Source: Fonticula alba ATCC 38817
Lineage: Eukaryota > Protista > Nucleariida
NCBI GenBank assembly: GCA_000388065.2
Contig: KB932215.1
Strand: one strand, 5' to 3'
DNA length: 18,351 nt
Shown: positions 17,401 to 18,351 of the stretch, piece by piece
Layout of the letters: each line of letters opens with the position of its first letter
Numbering within the stretch: the first letter of the stretch is position 1
Made by a program: the position numbers and the translations under genes
The notes under the pieces: generated by a model
Database searches by the model: none
Told to the model about the DNA's origin: nothing
What the model saw: the letters and a program-made list of their open reading frames with translations, nothing else

Positions 17401-18246
17401 CGACCGGTGCTGATGCCGGTGCTCGGGCGTGGGGGTGAGCTCACTGGGGGGCTGGTGCTCGGGCGCGGGCAGGGAGGCGGCCAGGGGCCCGGACTGGCAC
17501 TCGGACGTGGATTGCGACTGGGGCTCGGGCCAGAGGGCAGGCCCGGGCACGGGCTCGGGCACGGGCTCGGGCACAGGCTCGGGTGCTGGCGCCGGGTCGA
17601 GGATGGCCGGCGGGGCCGGCTCATGGACCGCCTCGGGTGCGGGCCATGGCTCGGCGGCGGGAGGCAGGCCGGCAGTGGTGGGCACTGTTGGATCGGGCCC
17701 CGGGTCCGAGTCCGGCGGCGAAAGGACATCGGAGAAGTCCCCATCATCGAATGCCTCCCATGCGGCGGTGGCGGCCGCGGCGGCCGCGGCGGCCTGCCGG
17801 TGCCGGGCCTCGCGCTGGGCCGTGGCCAGCGCCACCCACAGATCCCCGGGGTCGGAGGCCCCGGCCGAGGGGAGGCGCTCCGGCACCGGGAGCGCGGCGT
17901 CCCCGAGGAAGCCACTCAGGGTGGCGAGGGCCTCGGAGGACAGGCCGAGCGCCGGGGCGTCGACCAGCCGGGCCGCCGGGGCCAGGGTCGATGAATCTGA
18001 CCCGGGCAGGGAGGACGAGGAGTCCGACCCGGAGGACCCGGCGCTCGACGAGACGGCGGCACGGCCGTGGAGCAGGCGCAGCAGGCGCCGGGGCAGTCGC
18101 CGAGCCGGGCCCGACCCCCCGACATCCGGCACACACAGGTCGCTGTCGGACAGCTCGCCCTCGGAGGCGGTGACGAAGTCCCCCTCGTCATCGCTGCTGG
18201 CCGGGAGGGGCGGGCCCGGCGGCGGGGGCCCATCGGGCGACAGCAT
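11442..18246 (-). CDS. Large uncharacterised protein (~2000 aa nominal): disordered Pro/acidic N-terminus, E/A/R repeat rod, acidic GW-motif region, C-terminal helical region; exons 18246-17175, 17066-13142 (contains two gaps), 12994-12939, 12869-12576, 12379-12164, 12014-11903, 11773-11442
   Basis: ATG at 18246. Six introns (17174-17067, 13141-12995, 12938-12870, 12575-12380, 12163-12015, 11902-11774), each GT-AG with a CT(A/G/C)AC branch-like motif and matching phases (1,1,0,0,0,1). These join the ORF-track fragments 14338..18246, 12444..16841, 12041..12379 and 11442..11969 into one gene. Stop TGA at 11444-11442. No family confidently recognised. Confidence 0.8.
12452..12539. repeat. Intronic minisatellite: four tandem 22-nt units GGAGGC(G/A)GTGAGCGGCA(G/A)AGGG
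   Basis: Units start at 12452, 12474, 12496 and 12518, inside intron 12575-12380 of the large gene. Confidence 0.9.
13354..13547 (-). repeat. Coding 90-bp (30-aa) tandem duplication LLPSGDE(V/A)[10 protein letters not shown](S/P)[11 protein letters not shown], about 2.1 copies
   Basis: 13361-13450 and 13451-13540 are near-identical, differing at only a few positions. Confidence 0.9.
14343..14742. other. Assembly gap (400 N) in the repeat rod
   Basis: Run of N. The same repeat continues on both sides in different nominal frames because 400 is not a multiple of 3. Confidence 0.98.
15625..15634. other. 10-N gap flanked by an exact 95-nt duplication (15530-15624 = 15635-15729); probable unmerged contig overlap
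   Basis: The two flanks are identical base for base; collapsing them removes 105 nt and keeps the frame. Confidence 0.8.
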
Positions 18247-18351
18247 GATTAGGCCAGCGCGCGGGCCGGGCGCCGAGGTGGGGCGAGGTGGGGCAGGGCG
18301 GAGGGCAAGGTCCGGGAGGGGGGGGGGGGGGGGGGGGGAGAAAGGGAGGTG

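Overview
GC-rich, intron-containing eukaryotic genomic DNA with three assembly gaps (N 10273-10878, 14343-14742, 15625-15634). The long six-frame ORFs are mostly antisense shadows or read through introns, so gene models were rebuilt by hand from splice signals, phase matching and recognisable protein motifs. Five spliced genes: (1) + strand Pro/Tyr/Gly-rich BAG-domain protein, 177-1580; (2) - strand DNAJC2/zuotin/MPP11 with J domain and two SANT domains, 4187-2152; (3) + strand LSm7, 4464-5398, head-to-head with DNAJC2; (4) + strand CLC-3/4/5 (Gef1)-type Cl-/H+ exchanger, 7111-11208, partly in a gap; (5) - strand ~2000-aa uncharacterised protein, 18246-11442, with an N-terminal FFAT-like motif, ten acidic Gly-Trp motifs, a ~700-aa EAERLAAE repeat rod and a C-terminal helical region. 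Most notable: all 19 inferred 5' splice sites have C at +4 (consensus GT(G/A)CG(T/C)); the giant repeat protein looks like a long membrane-traffic tether; long C runs sit on the sense strand of genes, and by that rule plus splice signals the 1.7-kb gap at 5399-7110 may hide a minus-strand spliced transcript. The features fit a GC-rich opisthokont protist such as Fonticula alba, but that is inference, not verified.
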